This document shows, one piece after another, positions 52,059 through 62,533 of a DNA stretch of 64,000 bases. The stretch lies in assembly GCA_963765675.1 (NCBI GenBank), contig CAVXXK010000001.1, forward strand, positions 1,568,001 to 1,632,000, read 5' to 3'. The stretch comes from an uncultured delta proteobacterium. Its GTDB lineage: Bacteria > Desulfobacterota > Binatia > Binatales > Binataceae. The notes under the pieces were generated by a model, which saw only the letters and a list, made by a program, of their open reading frames with translations, was not told the DNA's origin and ran no database searches. Numbering within the stretch: the stretch's first letter is position 1; each line of letters opens with the position of its first letter. The translations under genes were made by a program, and so were the position numbers.

Positions 52059-53438
52059 ATGAAGCTATCCACCCGCCTTTTCGGGACCACCTACCGCTTC
52101 GATTCGGTGCGCGAGGTTCTGGCCCGCGCCAACGAGGCGCGCTCCGGCGACGAGCTGGCAGGACTTGCGGCGCGGTCGGAGCGCGAACGCGTCGCGGCCA
52201 AGATGGTGCTGGCCGATCTGACGCTGAACGATCTGCGCAACAATCCGGTGGTGCCGTACGGGCGCGACGAGGTGACGCGGATTATCGACGACAGCCTCGA
52301 TCGCGCCGAGTTCGCGCGCCACAGAAATCGCACCGTCGGCGAGCTGCGCGAATGGCTCCTCGATGACGCGACGACCGGCGACGATATTGCCCGCGCCGGC
52401 CGTGGCTTCACCGGCGAGATCGCTGCCGCCGTCGCGAAGCTGTCCTCGAATCTCGATTGCATCACGATTGCCGCCAAGGTTCGCGTCATCACGCGCGCGC
52501 GGACGACGATCGGGATACGCGGACGGCTCTCAACGCGGCTTCAACCGAATCATCCGCGCGACGATCCAGGCGGCATCGCGGCCGCGATTTACGAAGGGCT
52601 GTCTTATGGGTGCGGCGACGCGCTCATCGGCATCAATCCGTGCATCGACGAGCCCGACAATATCCGCCGCCTGCTCGATCTCACCGCGGAAATAATCGCG
52701 CGCACCGGCGTGCCCACGCAGAACTGCGTGCTCGGCCATATCACGACGCAAATTCGCGCGCTCGAAGCCGGCGCGCCGCTCGACATTCTTTTCCAGAGCC
52801 TCGCCGGTACCGAAAAAGCCAACGCGGGATTCGGAATCACAGTCGCGATGCTCGACGAAGGCGCGGCCGCCGTGCGCGAGCGCGGCGCGCTCGATGCTCC
52901 CAACCTTACCTATTTCGAAACCGGGCAGGGCTCCGAGCTCTCCGCCGGCGCGCATGAAGGCGCGGATCAGGTCACGCTCGAAGCGCGATGCTACGGCCTT
53001 GCGCGCCGCTACGCTCCGCTGCTGGTCAACACGGTGGTCGGATTTATCGGTCCCGAATATCTCTACGATGCGAAACAGATCGCGCGCGCCGGGCTCGAAG
53101 ATCACCTGATGGGCAAGCTGCTCGGCGTGCCGCACGGCGCCGACGCCTGTTACACCAATCACGCGCGCGCCGATCAGAACGATTGCGAAAGCCTCGCCGT
53201 TCTTCTCGCCGCCGCGGGATGCAACTACTTCATGGCGCTGCCGATGGGCGACGACGTGATGCTCTCGTATCAGAGCACGAGCTATCACGACGCGGCGGCG
53301 CTACGGCAGGTGCTGAATCTCAGGCCCGCTCCGGAGTTCGAGCGCTGGTGCGAGCAGCGCGGAATCCTGTTCGGCGGCCGGCTCACCAAACGCGCAGGCG
53401 ACCCGGCGCTGGTGATGACGAAGCGGCGGGCCTCATAA
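52059..53438 (+). CDS. eutB: Ethanolamine ammonia-lyase large subunit
   Basis: RSGDELAG, RLQPNHPRDD, YFETGQGS, VNTVVGFIGPEYL. Confidence 0.96.
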   Translation: MKLSTRLFGTTYRFDSVREVLARANEARSGDELAGLAARSERERVAAKMVLADLTLNDLRNNPVVPYGRDEVTRIIDDSLDRAEFARHRNRTVGELREWLLDDATTGDDIARAGRGFTGEIAAAVAKLSSNLDCITIAAKVRVITRARTTIGIRGRLSTRLQPNHPRDDPGGIAAAIYEGLSYGCGDALIGINPCIDEPDNIRRLLDLTAEIIARTGVPTQNCVLGHITTQIRALEAGAPLDILFQSLAGTEKANAGFGITVAMLDEGAAAVRERGALDAPNLTYFETGQGSELSAGAHEGADQVTLEARCYGLARRYAPLLVNTVVGFIGPEYLYDAKQIARAGLEDHLMGKLLGVPHGADACYTNHARADQNDCESLAVLLAAAGCNYFMALPMGDDVMLSYQSTSYHDAAALRQVLNLRPAPEFERWCEQRGILFGGRLTKRAGDPALVMTKRRAS

Positions 53439-53439
53439 C

Positions 53440-54234
53440 GTGGCGCGGAAGAATCGCGGCCGCAAATCCTCCGATAACTTCGCCGCGATGCGCCGCGCGA
53501 CTCCCGCGCGTCTCGGCGTCGGCCGCGCCGGACCTCGCTACACGACGGCCGCGATGCTCGCGCTGCGCGCCGATCATGCTCGCGCGGTGGACGCGGTCCG
53601 AATGGAAGTGCCGCGCGATTGGCCCGCGCGCAATGCGATGCCGGAGCTCAAGACGCGCGCGCGCGACCGCGAGGTTTATCTGCTCCGGCCGGAGCTGGGG
53701 CGGATGCTCGCGGAGGACGACGCCGAGCGCCTCGCGCAGCGCTACGCTCGCCGCGCGCGAATCTCGGCGGCGGAGCGCGCGAAACCCTCGCTCGTGCTCC
53801 TGGTCGGTGACGGCCTCTCGTCGGCCGCGGTGCAGGCGCACGCGCCGGCGATCGTGCGCGCGCTCAAAAAGAAACTGGCAGCGCGCTTTCGCGTTAGCGG
53901 AACATTCTTCATCCGCAACGCGCGCGTCCGCGTCGAGGATCATGTCGGCGAAATTCTGCGCCCCGACCTCGTCTGCATGATTATAGGCGAGCGCCCGGGC
54001 CTCGCGACCGCCGAGAGCCTGAGCGCCTACGTGATCTGGCGTCCGCGCCTCGCGTCGCTCGAGCCCGATCGCACGGTGATATCGAATATTCATCCGGGCG
54101 GACTGAGTATTGCCTCGGCCGCGGGAAAAATCGCACGCCTGTGTGCCGAGGCTTCCGCACATCAGGCCAGCGGCGCAGCCCTTGCCACGCGCCTGACGCG
54201 TCCTGCATTGACAGATCCGATGACAGCGGGTTAG
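53440..54234 (+). CDS. eutC: Ethanolamine ammonia-lyase small subunit
   Basis: TPARLGVGRAG, YLLRPELGR, DGLSS, IGERPGL, ISNIHPGG. Confidence 0.93.
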   Translation: MARKNRGRKSSDNFAAMRRATPARLGVGRAGPRYTTAAMLALRADHARAVDAVRMEVPRDWPARNAMPELKTRARDREVYLLRPELGRMLAEDDAERLAQRYARRARISAAERAKPSLVLLVGDGLSSAAVQAHAPAIVRALKKKLAARFRVSGTFFIRNARVRVEDHVGEILRPDLVCMIIGERPGLATAESLSAYVIWRPRLASLEPDRTVISNIHPGGLSIASAAGKIARLCAEASAHQASGAALATRLTRPALTDPMTAG

Positions 54235-54268
54235 TAGTCTCACCTCGCCGATTGCCACAGAGGAATTT

Positions 54269-54592
54269 ATGCTTCATTGCACAGCCTGCGGACACATGAT
54301 TCACGAAAGCGCGCGCGCATGTCCGCAATGTGGCGCTCCGCCGCCTGTCGGTTCCTGGGCGCGTGAAGATGTTTCCGATCGATCGCGGCTGATCACGCTG
54401 CTGCTGTGCGTCTTTCTGGGATACCTCGGTATCCACCGTTTCTACGTCGGCAAGACTGGCACCGGTATTCTGTGGCTACTCACCGGCGGTCTCTTTGTAA
54501 TCGGAGCGCTAGTCGATCTCATCATGATCGCCGCCGGTAGTTTTACCGATGAGGACGGACTTCGGGTCCTTGATTGGGACGTGCCAGGCTAG
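54269..54592 (+). CDS. Zinc-ribbon plus TM2 domain protein
   Basis: CTACG...CPQCG, LGYLGIHRFYVGK. Confidence 0.88.
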   Translation: MLHCTACGHMIHESARACPQCGAPPPVGSWAREDVSDRSRLITLLLCVFLGYLGIHRFYVGKTGTGILWLLTGGLFVIGALVDLIMIAAGSFTDEDGLRVLDWDVPG

Positions 54593-54701
54593 CGGCGATA
54601 TTTTGGATCTCGGCGTTCTTTCGACAGCACATTTAACTAACGACATTGCCGGTTGATTCCGCTGCGAATAGAGTCAAAGTGAAGTATCAGGTTCATTCAT
54701 C

Positions 54702-55115
54702 ATGTCCGATCACGATGCCGTGCTCGCCGCGAACCGCGCCTTCTACGACGCGTTCGAGAGCCTCGATGCGGAGCAGATGGAAGCGCTATGGCTGCGCGAC
54801 CAGCGGATCGTGTGTATCCATCCGGGATGGCGCAAGCTGTCGGGATGGGGTCCGATCATGGCTAGCTGGGAGCGGATCTTCGATAGCGCATTCGAGATGA
54901 AATTCGAGTTGGGCGAGCTCGACGTGATGATCAGCGGCGACCTTGCGGTGATCGTCGTCGAAGAGGAGCTGACCCAGCGCGGCTACGACGGCGTCTCGCG
55001 CTCGCAAGTCCTCGCGACCAACGTGTTCGAACGCAGAGGCGACAAGTGGTTCATTATCCTGCATCACGGCTCGCCAGTAATCGCGCCACCCAGCGACGAC
55101 CCTCCGCTGCAGTAG
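54702..55115 (+). CDS. SnoaL-like/NTF2 family protein
   Basis: ANRAFYDAFE, CIHPGW, ATNVF...HHGSP. Confidence 0.88.
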   Translation: MSDHDAVLAANRAFYDAFESLDAEQMEALWLRDQRIVCIHPGWRKLSGWGPIMASWERIFDSAFEMKFELGELDVMISGDLAVIVVEEELTQRGYDGVSRSQVLATNVFERRGDKWFIILHHGSPVIAPPSDDPPLQ

Positions 55116-55150
55116 TGGAGCAATACTAACTGTATAGGACTGTAAGGAAT

Positions 55151-55595
55151 TCCCTCTCCCTGACCAGGGAGAGGGATCAAGGGAGAGGGTACATTGGCGT
55201 CAGCAGGCAAGCGCAAACGAGCAGTACCACTCGTGCATCAACGCGCCCGCCAATTGCGCCGCGAGCAGACCGACGCGGAATCGAATCTACGGAACCGAAT
55301 CCGCGCAAAGCGCCTGAACGGCTTCCATTTCCGGCGCCAATTTCCGATAGGCAATTTCATCGCCGACTTCTGCTGTCATGAATCGCGCCTCGTGATCGAG
55401 CTCGATGGCGGCCAGCATGTGGATCGTGCCTCATACGATGCCTGGCGTACGAGCCTGATCGCCGAGCGCGGTTATCGAGTGATTCGATTCTGGGATACAT
55501 GAGGTGCTTATGAATATGGAAGGCGTAATCGAGGCTATACTCACTGCGCTGGAAGAGACCTCTCCCTTCGCTCTCTCCTTGGACAAGGAGAGGGT
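55151..55595. mobile_element. Second, divergent inverted-repeat cassette around a DUF559 gene
   Basis: Left arm TCCCTCTCCCTG-ac-CAGGGAGAGGGA...GGGAGAGGGT; right arm ACCTCTCCC...CTCTCCTTG-ga-CAAGGAGAGGGT. Confidence 0.6.
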
Positions 55596-55599
55596 ATAA
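55194..55599 (+). pseudogene. DUF559 endonuclease gene with +1 frameshift near 55497
   Basis: FRRQFPIGNFIADF, LVIELDGGQH, IRFWD, then EVLMNMEGVIEAI continues in the next frame to TAA 55599; could be a sequencing error. Confidence 0.75.
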
Positions 55600-55622
55600 G
55601 AAGGAGCAAGGAGAAAATCAGA

Positions 55623-56498
55623 ATGTTGAAACGAGTCGATCGGGTGCAGATTGCGGTCGAAGATCTCAATGCGGCGGAGAAGATCGCGGCTGATACTTTC
55701 GGCGCCGAACTGCTACGGCGTGATACTGCCGAACCGGTTGCGGCGCGGCGCTCGACGATGCAGGCGGGTTCGAGCTTGATCGAGCTGCTCGCACCGGCAG
55801 GCGCTGGACCGGTCAAGGACTTCGTCGACCGATGGACCAGCGGACTCTTCGGCGTCGGTTTTTCGGTCGCCGATCTGGACGCCGCGGCGAGTCATCTGCA
55901 AGGCGAAGGAGTCAAATCTAATCGCGACGCGGGGCAGCTCTTTATCGATCCCGCCACGACAGGTTTCGGAATGCGAGTGGTGCTGAGTACGCATCACGAA
56001 CGCGTACCGGTCGGTGCAATCAAGTGGATCTATGAGACCACCAACGTAGTCAGCGATTGGCATGCGGCCTCGGCGCGCTACACGCAGATCTTCCAACTGA
56101 ATCCGGCGATCTTCGTTCCGATCGAGAGCAAGGAGTTCGGATACGCCGGCACCCTCACGATGTTCGATGCGCCCGCCCGTCTGGATCGAATCGAGATCTC
56201 GCAGATCACGAATGCGGCGGGTGCGATGGGACGTTTTCATCAGAAGCGCGGCGACTCGCTATATATGTTCTTCGTCGAGACCGACGATCCTGGCGCGCTA
56301 GCCAAGCGCCTCGAGTCGCGTGGCGCGCGTTTTGCGGCGCACACCCGCGACGAAGCGGGCCTCGCGGAGTTGTTCATCCATCCGAGCGCTTTCCTGGGCG
56401 TGCTGGTAGGAGTCAGCCGCACCGACCACGCATGGACCTGGTCGGGCGATATCGCCCGCGCCCGCCGCGCCGCCGCCTCCCGCGCCGCCCGCGGATGA
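55623..56498 (+). CDS. VOC/glyoxalase family protein (two domains)
   Basis: DRVQIAVEDL, IELLAP, LFIHP; methylmalonyl-CoA epimerase-like pattern. Confidence 0.8.
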   Translation: MLKRVDRVQIAVEDLNAAEKIAADTFGAELLRRDTAEPVAARRSTMQAGSSLIELLAPAGAGPVKDFVDRWTSGLFGVGFSVADLDAAASHLQGEGVKSNRDAGQLFIDPATTGFGMRVVLSTHHERVPVGAIKWIYETTNVVSDWHAASARYTQIFQLNPAIFVPIESKEFGYAGTLTMFDAPARLDRIEISQITNAAGAMGRFHQKRGDSLYMFFVETDDPGALAKRLESRGARFAAHTRDEAGLAELFIHPSAFLGVLVGVSRTDHAWTWSGDIARARRAAASRAARG

Positions 56499-56532
56499 CG
56501 AGTGGTCGTTCTCTTGAAAGGGCGTGTGTGCT

Positions 56533-56549
56533 ATATATCAATGATATAT
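56533..56549. promoter_or_regulatory. Palindromic operator candidate overlapping the vapB start
   Basis: ATATATCA-A-TGATATAT; no Shine-Dalgarno sequence. Confidence 0.6.
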
Positions 56550-56796
56550 GGCTAAGAAGACAAGCAAACAGGCGACTGCCAAAGTATTTACCACCGGGCG
56601 CAGTCAAGCGGTGCGCATCCCAAAGGAATACCGCTTCTCGTGTGACGAGGTAACTATCGAGCGCGAAGGCGAGCGTGTGATCCTGACGCCTCGTCCACGC
56701 TCCTGGCGCGAATATTTCGCCCGCTCGCAACGGTTCAGTGACGACTATCCCGAAGATGTCGCTGATGCGCCGCCGCAAGAACGCGAGAAGCTCTAA
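56548..56796 (+). CDS. vapB: VapB antitoxin (AbrB-like)
   Basis: AKVFTTGRSQAVRIPKEYRF. Confidence 0.92.
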   Translation: MAKKTSKQATAKVFTTGRSQAVRIPKEYRFSCDEVTIEREGERVILTPRPRSWREYFARSQRFSDDYPEDVADAPPQEREKL

Positions 56797-57200
56797 TGCG
56801 CCACCTCATGCTCGACACGAACATCTGCATCCATGCGATCAGACGCAACGCACCAGAAGTGCTTCGCCGCCTCGAGAACACGAGCCCTCAGGAAGTCGCG
56901 ATTTCTTGCCTTGTTGCTGCCGAGTTGTGGACCGGAGTGATGAAGTCTCGCGAGCGACAACGCAACGAGCAGGCCTTGAGGGAATTCCTCAACTTTGTGC
57001 GGGTCCTTGATTGGCCCGCCGAGGCTGCGCTCATTTATGGAGAAATACGAGCCGCGCTCGAATCGAAAGGGCGCCCGATCGGCGCGATGGACCTGCTGAT
57101 CGCAGCCCACTGCGTCCACGAACGCGCGACGTTGGTCACGCGAAACTACGACGAGTTCGCTCGCGTTAACGGACTCAAGCTCGAAGACTGGAAATCATAG
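56796..57200 (+). CDS. vapC: VapC PIN-domain toxin
   Basis: MLDTNICI, GRPIGAMDLLIAAH, LVTRN..EF.RV.GL. Confidence 0.93.
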   Translation: MRHLMLDTNICIHAIRRNAPEVLRRLENTSPQEVAISCLVAAELWTGVMKSRERQRNEQALREFLNFVRVLDWPAEAALIYGEIRAALESKGRPIGAMDLLIAAHCVHERATLVTRNYDEFARVNGLKLEDWKS

Positions 57201-57230
57201 AAAACGGGCGGTCGTGAGGACCGCCCGTTT
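57201..57230. terminator. Bidirectional terminator between vapC and sat
   Basis: AAACGGGCGGTC-gtgag-GACCGCCCGTTT. Confidence 0.78.
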
Positions 57231-57253
57231 GTGCTCATTCTTAATTGCGCGCG

Positions 57254-58429
57254 CTATTTCGATTCGCGCATTGCTTTGATCAGGATCGCCGCCAGCTCGG
57301 GGCGGGTGAACTCCGGTGGCGGGGCTTGGCCGGCGCGCAGCATCTCGCGCACCTTGGTGCCCGACAGGATCAGGCGGTCGGCGTCGGTATGCGGACAAGT
57401 CTTGAACGACGCCATCCCGTTGCACTTGTTGCAGTAGAAACTGTTCTCGAACGTCAGCGGCGTGATGCCCATCTCTTCCGGCGCGAAGCGCGAGAAGATT
57501 TTCTGCGCGTCGTAGGTGCCGTAGTATTTGCCCACGCCGGCATGATCGCGCCCGACGATAAAGTGAGTGCATCCATAGTTGCGCCGGATGATCGCGTGCA
57601 GGATCGCCTCGCGCGGGCCGCCGTAGCGCATATGCGCCGGCATCACCGAGAGCATCGCGCGATCCTTCGGATAGTAGAGTTCGAGCAGAACCTTGTAGGT
57701 TTCCATCCGCACCGCTGCCGGAACGTCGTCGCCCTTGGTCTCGCCGACCAGCGGATGGATCAGCAGGCCGTCGCAGATTTCGAGTGCGGATTTCTGAATG
57801 TGTTCGTGCGCGCGATGGGTAGGGTTGCGGGTCTGGAACGCGACGATTTTTTTCCATCCACGCTCGCGGAATGCGGCACGCGTCTCGCGCGGCTCGAGCC
57901 GATATTCCATGAAGGTGCGGCCCGGGATGTCGTCGATAAGAATCACGCGGCCAGCGAGGCAATACGGCGGCATCGAGGTGACGTTCTTCGCGCCCGGATG
58001 CGCGTCTTCGGCGGTGCCGAAAACCGCTTCGGCCTCGCGCTTGCGATCGACCTTGTAAATCTCCGCGAGCTTCAGGATCGCGAGCGGCTTGCCGTCTTCG
58101 GTTGCCAGAGCGATATCGGCGCCGACCTTGAGCGAATGCGCGGTCGCCTGGTCAACCGCGAGCGTGATCGGAATCGACCACGGCGTGCCCGACGCAAGCC
58201 GCAGCTCGTCGCGGCTGCGAGTGTAGTCGGCTTCGCCCATGAATCCGGTCAGCGGAGAGAACGCGCCCGAGGCGAGCATCTCGAGGTCCGAGAGGTCGCG
58301 CGCGGTCAGAGTCACAACCGGCAGCGACGCGGCGTGCGTGCGCAGCGCGGCGCGTTCGGCCGCGGGCGCTTTCAGGTCAACCAGCTCGCCGCCGCCGTGT
58401 GCGGAGATTGCGTCGTCGCGCACGCTCAT
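57254..58429 (-). CDS. sat: Sulfate adenylyltransferase
   Basis: [39 protein letters not shown]. Confidence 0.96.
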   Translation of the reverse strand: MSVRDDAISAHGGGELVDLKAPAAERAALRTHAASLPVVTLTARDLSDLEMLASGAFSPLTGFMGEADYTRSRDELRLASGTPWSIPITLAVDQATAHSLKVGADIALATEDGKPLAILKLAEIYKVDRKREAEAVFGTAEDAHPGAKNVTSMPPYCLAGRVILIDDIPGRTFMEYRLEPRETRAAFRERGWKKIVAFQTRNPTHRAHEHIQKSALEICDGLLIHPLVGETKGDDVPAAVRMETYKVLLELYYPKDRAMLSVMPAHMRYGGPREAILHAIIRRNYGCTHFIVGRDHAGVGKYYGTYDAQKIFSRFAPEEMGITPLTFENSFYCNKCNGMASFKTCPHTDADRLILSGTKVREMLRAGQAPPPEFTRPELAAILIKAMRESK

Positions 58430-59007
58430 CGCGAACCTCCCGCCGACACTTTGCGTGCCGCGCTGTCAGCAGCGCCGTGACGGGGAATGAAGTTCCCCTC
58501 CTCGAGGGTCGCGAGCAGCTTCTTAAGACTGTGCTCGACCTTCTCCGCGCTGCTGTCGATCATCAGCTCGGGAGTAACAGGCTCTTCGTACGGATCGGAA
58601 ACCCCGGTGAACGATTTGATCTCGCCGGCCAGCGCCTTCTTGTAGAGACCCTTCACGTCGCGCTCGACCAGAGTCTCGAGCGGGCACTTCATGAAAACCT
58701 CGAAGAAGCGGGTGTGCAGCTTGCGGACTTCGTCACGCACGTCGCGATAGGGCGAGATGGCCGCCGAGATCGCGATCACACCGTTGCGCGCGAGCAGATT
58801 GCAGACATAGCCGATGCGCCGAATATTGGTGTCGCGGTCTTCTTTCGAGAACCCGAGACCCTTCGACAGATTGGTGCGGACTTCGTCGCCGTCGAGGATT
58901 TCGACGCGATGTCCGCGTTGGCGGAGTTCTTGCGCAGCTAGATTCGCCAGAGTTGACTTACCTGCCCCGGATAGTCCGGTAAACCATAGGGTAAAGCCCT
59001 GATCCAT
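58426..59007 (-). CDS. cysC: Adenylyl-sulfate kinase
   Basis: [31 protein letters not shown]. Confidence 0.96.
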   Translation of the reverse strand: MDQGFTLWFTGLSGAGKSTLANLAAQELRQRGHRVEILDGDEVRTNLSKGLGFSKEDRDTNIRRIGYVCNLLARNGVIAISAAISPYRDVRDEVRKLHTRFFEVFMKCPLETLVERDVKGLYKKALAGEIKSFTGVSDPYEEPVTPELMIDSSAEKVEHSLKKLLATLEEGNFIPRHGAADSAARKVSAGGSR

Positions 59008-59145
59008 GATGCTTTGTTCGATGCTCCTGAAATAGATTACTTTGTATGTTCGATAAGTTATCTAATTCTCACTGATCACTCAAGACAAGCCGGGCTTCTG
59101 CCTCCGAGAAAACTTCATCAAAATAATGCTGCAAAATCAGGTACT

Positions 59146-60621
59146 TCAACGACCTACGCCAAAGCCTATCAACGGCCAATAGAAATGCACCATCAGGTTC
59201 AGCCCGATCCAGGCGCTGAGGATCATCAGCGCGCCTGGAACCAACAGCTCGCGGGCGCGCAGGTAGCCGCTCGAGTATGCGAGCGCGTTTGCCGGAGTTC
59301 CAACCGGCAAGATGAATGTCAGACCGGCGGGAATCGCGATGACCAGCGACATCGCGCGCGCGTCGATTCCGAAATGGCCCGCGAGTCCCAGCCCGACCGG
59401 AAGCAGCGCCGCGACCACCGCGGAGTGGCTCAGCAACTCGCCGAGCAACTCTGCGCCGAGCGCCAGGATCGCGAGCACGACGACGGCGGAACCGATACCA
59501 CCCAAGGTTTCCCGTGCGAGGTAGGCGGCGGCGCCGGTATGCTGCAGCGCGGCGCCGAGTGCGATTGCGCCGCCGTACATCAGGACGATTCCCCAGTTGA
59601 CGTATTCTTCAACCTCGCGCCAACTGAGCAGTCCCAGCGCGAACAGCGCGACCACGGCGAGAATTGCGATCGCGGCGTATCCGTATTCGTGGCTGGTCGC
59701 CATCCAGGTCACGACCGTGACGGCGAGAACTATCGCGACGCCGATCTCCTCGAAGGTCATGCGGCCGAGTTTGGCCGCGCGCTGCTTGAGTTCCTGCGCG
59801 CTCTGCTCCACCGAGTCGAGGTCAGTGGGGAAAAAATGACGCAGCACGAACCATCCGGCGATCAGCAGCGCGACCACCAGCGGAATCGTTGCGGCGCTCC
59901 AATGCAGAAACGAAATCGTCTGGCCTGTCGCTTCCGAAAGCATCCCGAGCGCGAGCATCGCGCGCGCTCCGCCGAGCAACGTTGCGATTCCGCCGATATT
60001 GGTTCCCCACGCCATCGCGAGAAACAGCGCGGTCGCATAGCGCGAGCGGCCGGGAACGAGGTTCATCGTGTTGGCCAGGTCGAGCACGATCGGAAAAACG
60101 ATCGCGGCGACCGCGTGCTCCGGAATGACGAACGACATCAGCGCGGAGAGCAGATAAATCGAACCGACCAGCGAGCGCGGCGTGCGTCCGAACCGGCTGA
60201 AGACCGTCAGGGCGACGCGGCGGCCGAGTCCGCGATGGTTTACCGCGGCGGCGAGCATGAACGCCGCCAGGATGAAAAACATCGCCTCGTTTCCGAACAG
60301 CGCGTATGCCTGCCGCTGCGGCATCACGCCCGAGAGTCCCAGCAGAACGATCACGAGCAGGCTCGTGACCATCAGGGGAAGCGCGCCGGTGATCCAGTAG
60401 AGGCAGGCGAGCGCGAAGACCGCGATCGCGCGCTCGGCGGCGACGCTTAAGCCGGCGGGCGGTTTCGCGCGCACCAGAACGACGAAGATGATCGCGCCGG
60501 CGACGAGAATAATCGTGCGCAGGCTGCGCGACAGGATCACCAGCGCGATCGGCCGCGTGTCGACGACGACTTCCTCGAGCTCGTGCGCGCGCGCCGCGCG
60601 TATTTCCGGCTCGGGCGTCAC
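59146..60621 (-). CDS. SLC13/DASS family anion transporter
   Basis: NIGGIATLLG, VNWGIVLMYGG, LPVGTPANALAY. Confidence 0.9.
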   Translation of the reverse strand: MTPEPEIRAARAHELEEVVVDTRPIALVILSRSLRTIILVAGAIIFVVLVRAKPPAGLSVAAERAIAVFALACLYWITGALPLMVTSLLVIVLLGLSGVMPQRQAYALFGNEAMFFILAAFMLAAAVNHRGLGRRVALTVFSRFGRTPRSLVGSIYLLSALMSFVIPEHAVAAIVFPIVLDLANTMNLVPGRSRYATALFLAMAWGTNIGGIATLLGGARAMLALGMLSEATGQTISFLHWSAATIPLVVALLIAGWFVLRHFFPTDLDSVEQSAQELKQRAAKLGRMTFEEIGVAIVLAVTVVTWMATSHEYGYAAIAILAVVALFALGLLSWREVEEYVNWGIVLMYGGAIALGAALQHTGAAAYLARETLGGIGSAVVVLAILALGAELLGELLSHSAVVAALLPVGLGLAGHFGIDARAMSLVIAIPAGLTFILPVGTPANALAYSSGYLRARELLVPGALMILSAWIGLNLMVHFYWPLIGFGVGR

Positions 60622-61781
60622 AGGTGAGAGGAATCGAAAGACGCGCGCACGCGCCGTACACGCAGCCGCCTGCGCAAACGCGCAAGCGAACGCGTGGCGA
60701 GAGCGCCGAGCCGGTTTCGCGACAGTTGATGAATGAGCGATTGGAATTGCGCAGCGCCGCTTACGAGATAACGCGCGTCCAGGATCGTGAAGGAAGTCGA
60801 AACATCGCGCATCCAGTTAAGACTGATTCCCGCGCGGGTGGCGGCCTCGAACGATGCGGCCGCAATCTGGACCGCGTCGTCCAGCGCGCGGTCGTCAGCG
60901 CCGCGCGGCGCGAGAGTGCCGAATGTAGGCAGCACTCTGGCCGCGATCAGTTCCGTCGCGGCGGCTTGCAGAGCCGCTTTCGGCGCGAGATCGATCAGCA
61001 AATCCGACCATACCGCGCCGCTGGGGAAAATTCGGGCCGCGTGGCTGAGCGCCGCGAGATAGCGCTCGCGTCCATAGAAGCGCACGCGGCCCGGGAAATG
61101 ACGCAGCATCGCCTCCTCGCTCGCTGCCTCGAGGTTGAAGCAGATCACGTCGACGCCCTCGGCGTACGCCAAATCGATCGTGCGCAAGTCGGCCGGGGGA
61201 TGCATCGTTACCGCGACGATTGTATCAAAGTGCCGATCGATCGCTTCGAGATACGGCTTGAGGATCGCGAATCCGGCATCGACACCGGGAAAATATCCGA
61301 GCACGAAATGCACGAACTCGGCGTCGCCGTCGTCAAACGCGCCGCGCACCGCCTCGACGACTTCATCGACGGGCCAGAGCTCGCCCGCGTGCGCGGTCAG
61401 TTCACGGCCGTGGCAGAGCGCGCAGGTTTTTCCTGCCGCACCGATACCGCATCCGCCGCCGAGCGCGACGGTAACCCACGTCGAGCGCATCGCGGCGATC
61501 GCGCCGAGCTCGATACCGCGCGTGTTGCGCCTGGCGGCGAACGGGGGAGTGTGCGCGACGCGGACGGCGGTCAAGTTCGCGCCGTCGCGAATCACATCCG
61601 GGTTTTCCGCGATCGAAATCGGCGAAGCGGAATTGATCCGTGCGCTTGCCCAGATTTCATCGGCGAGCAGGAGCTCGATCGTCTCCGCCGTATCTGCGTT
61701 GGGTCGCGCGTTGGCCGGCGCGAGTCCGTAGAGCTCGAGCGCGAGCTTCAGCCGCGCGGGATTGGATTCTTCAGACGGCAC
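60618..61781 (-). CDS. Radical SAM-like protein with atypical CX8CX2C motif
   Basis: CGIGAAGKTCALC, GVDVICFNLE, FPSGAVWSDL; GTG start at 61781 inferred. Confidence 0.65.
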   Translation of the reverse strand: MPSEESNPARLKLALELYGLAPANARPNADTAETIELLLADEIWASARINSASPISIAENPDVIRDGANLTAVRVAHTPPFAARRNTRGIELGAIAAMRSTWVTVALGGGCGIGAAGKTCALCHGRELTAHAGELWPVDEVVEAVRGAFDDGDAEFVHFVLGYFPGVDAGFAILKPYLEAIDRHFDTIVAVTMHPPADLRTIDLAYAEGVDVICFNLEAASEEAMLRHFPGRVRFYGRERYLAALSHAARIFPSGAVWSDLLIDLAPKAALQAAATELIAARVLPTFGTLAPRGADDRALDDAVQIAAASFEAATRAGISLNWMRDVSTSFTILDARYLVSGAAQFQSLIHQLSRNRLGALATRSLARLRRRLRVRRVRASFDSSHL

Positions 61782-62533
61782 CGGATTTCCTGGCGGTGGA
61801 TTTCTTGCGCGGCACCGGCGCGCGGGCGCCGCCGAGCGGGCGCGACGCGGCGAGATTGCGATGAATCGCCAGTGCAGCGGGTGAGGAATAGATCTCCGAG
61901 GCTCCCGCGGTGACCAACCGATCGCGCGAGTCCTCATCGGACGCGATTCCGATAAAGGGCATTCGTGCGCGGCGCGCCGCGTGCAGGTCGGCCGTCGCTG
62001 TCGCCGACGAAGATCGCGTCGCTGGCGCGCACGCCGCCAAGCTCCAGCGCGCGCTTGAGCATCGCGGGCGCGGGCTTCAGCGCAAGCTTCGCGTCACGCC
62101 CGACGATAAATGCGATCGCAATGCTGACACGATAGCGGCTCAGCCATCGCATGACCGTGACCGACGAGTTTGAGGTCACGATCCCGGCGGCGAGCGTGCG
62201 TGTGGAGATTGCGCGCAGGAGATCGAGCGTCCCTTCCAGCGGCCGCGCGCGATCGACGCCGGCAAGTTCGAATTTCTCGATCAGCTTCGAGATGCGGGCG
62301 AGCATCTTTGCCTTGCGGGCGTCGGTGGCGCGTTCCAGATGCGCGCGATAAGCCTCGTACATCGCAAGCGCGCGTAGGGGGGATTGCTGCGTGATTTTGC
62401 GCGGCGCGTCCGCGCGCTCGAGAATTCCGCGGACCTCGCCGCGCAATGTCGGCCAGTCCACGACCGGATCGAGCCGCGCGAGAGTGGTATCGAAGTCGAA
62501 CAGCCAGAGTTTTGGTTGGGTCGAGGCTGTCAT
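61771..62533 (-). CDS. HAD-family hydrolase with +1 frameshift near 61992
   Basis: WLFDFDTTL, VTSN, LKPAP, FVGDS, then DLHAARRARMPFIGI in the adjacent frame. Confidence 0.82.

Noticed and set aside
55497-55505. TGA in the DUF559 gene as selenocysteine or readthrough
   Set aside because: The family-like sequence continues in a different frame, so this is a frameshift
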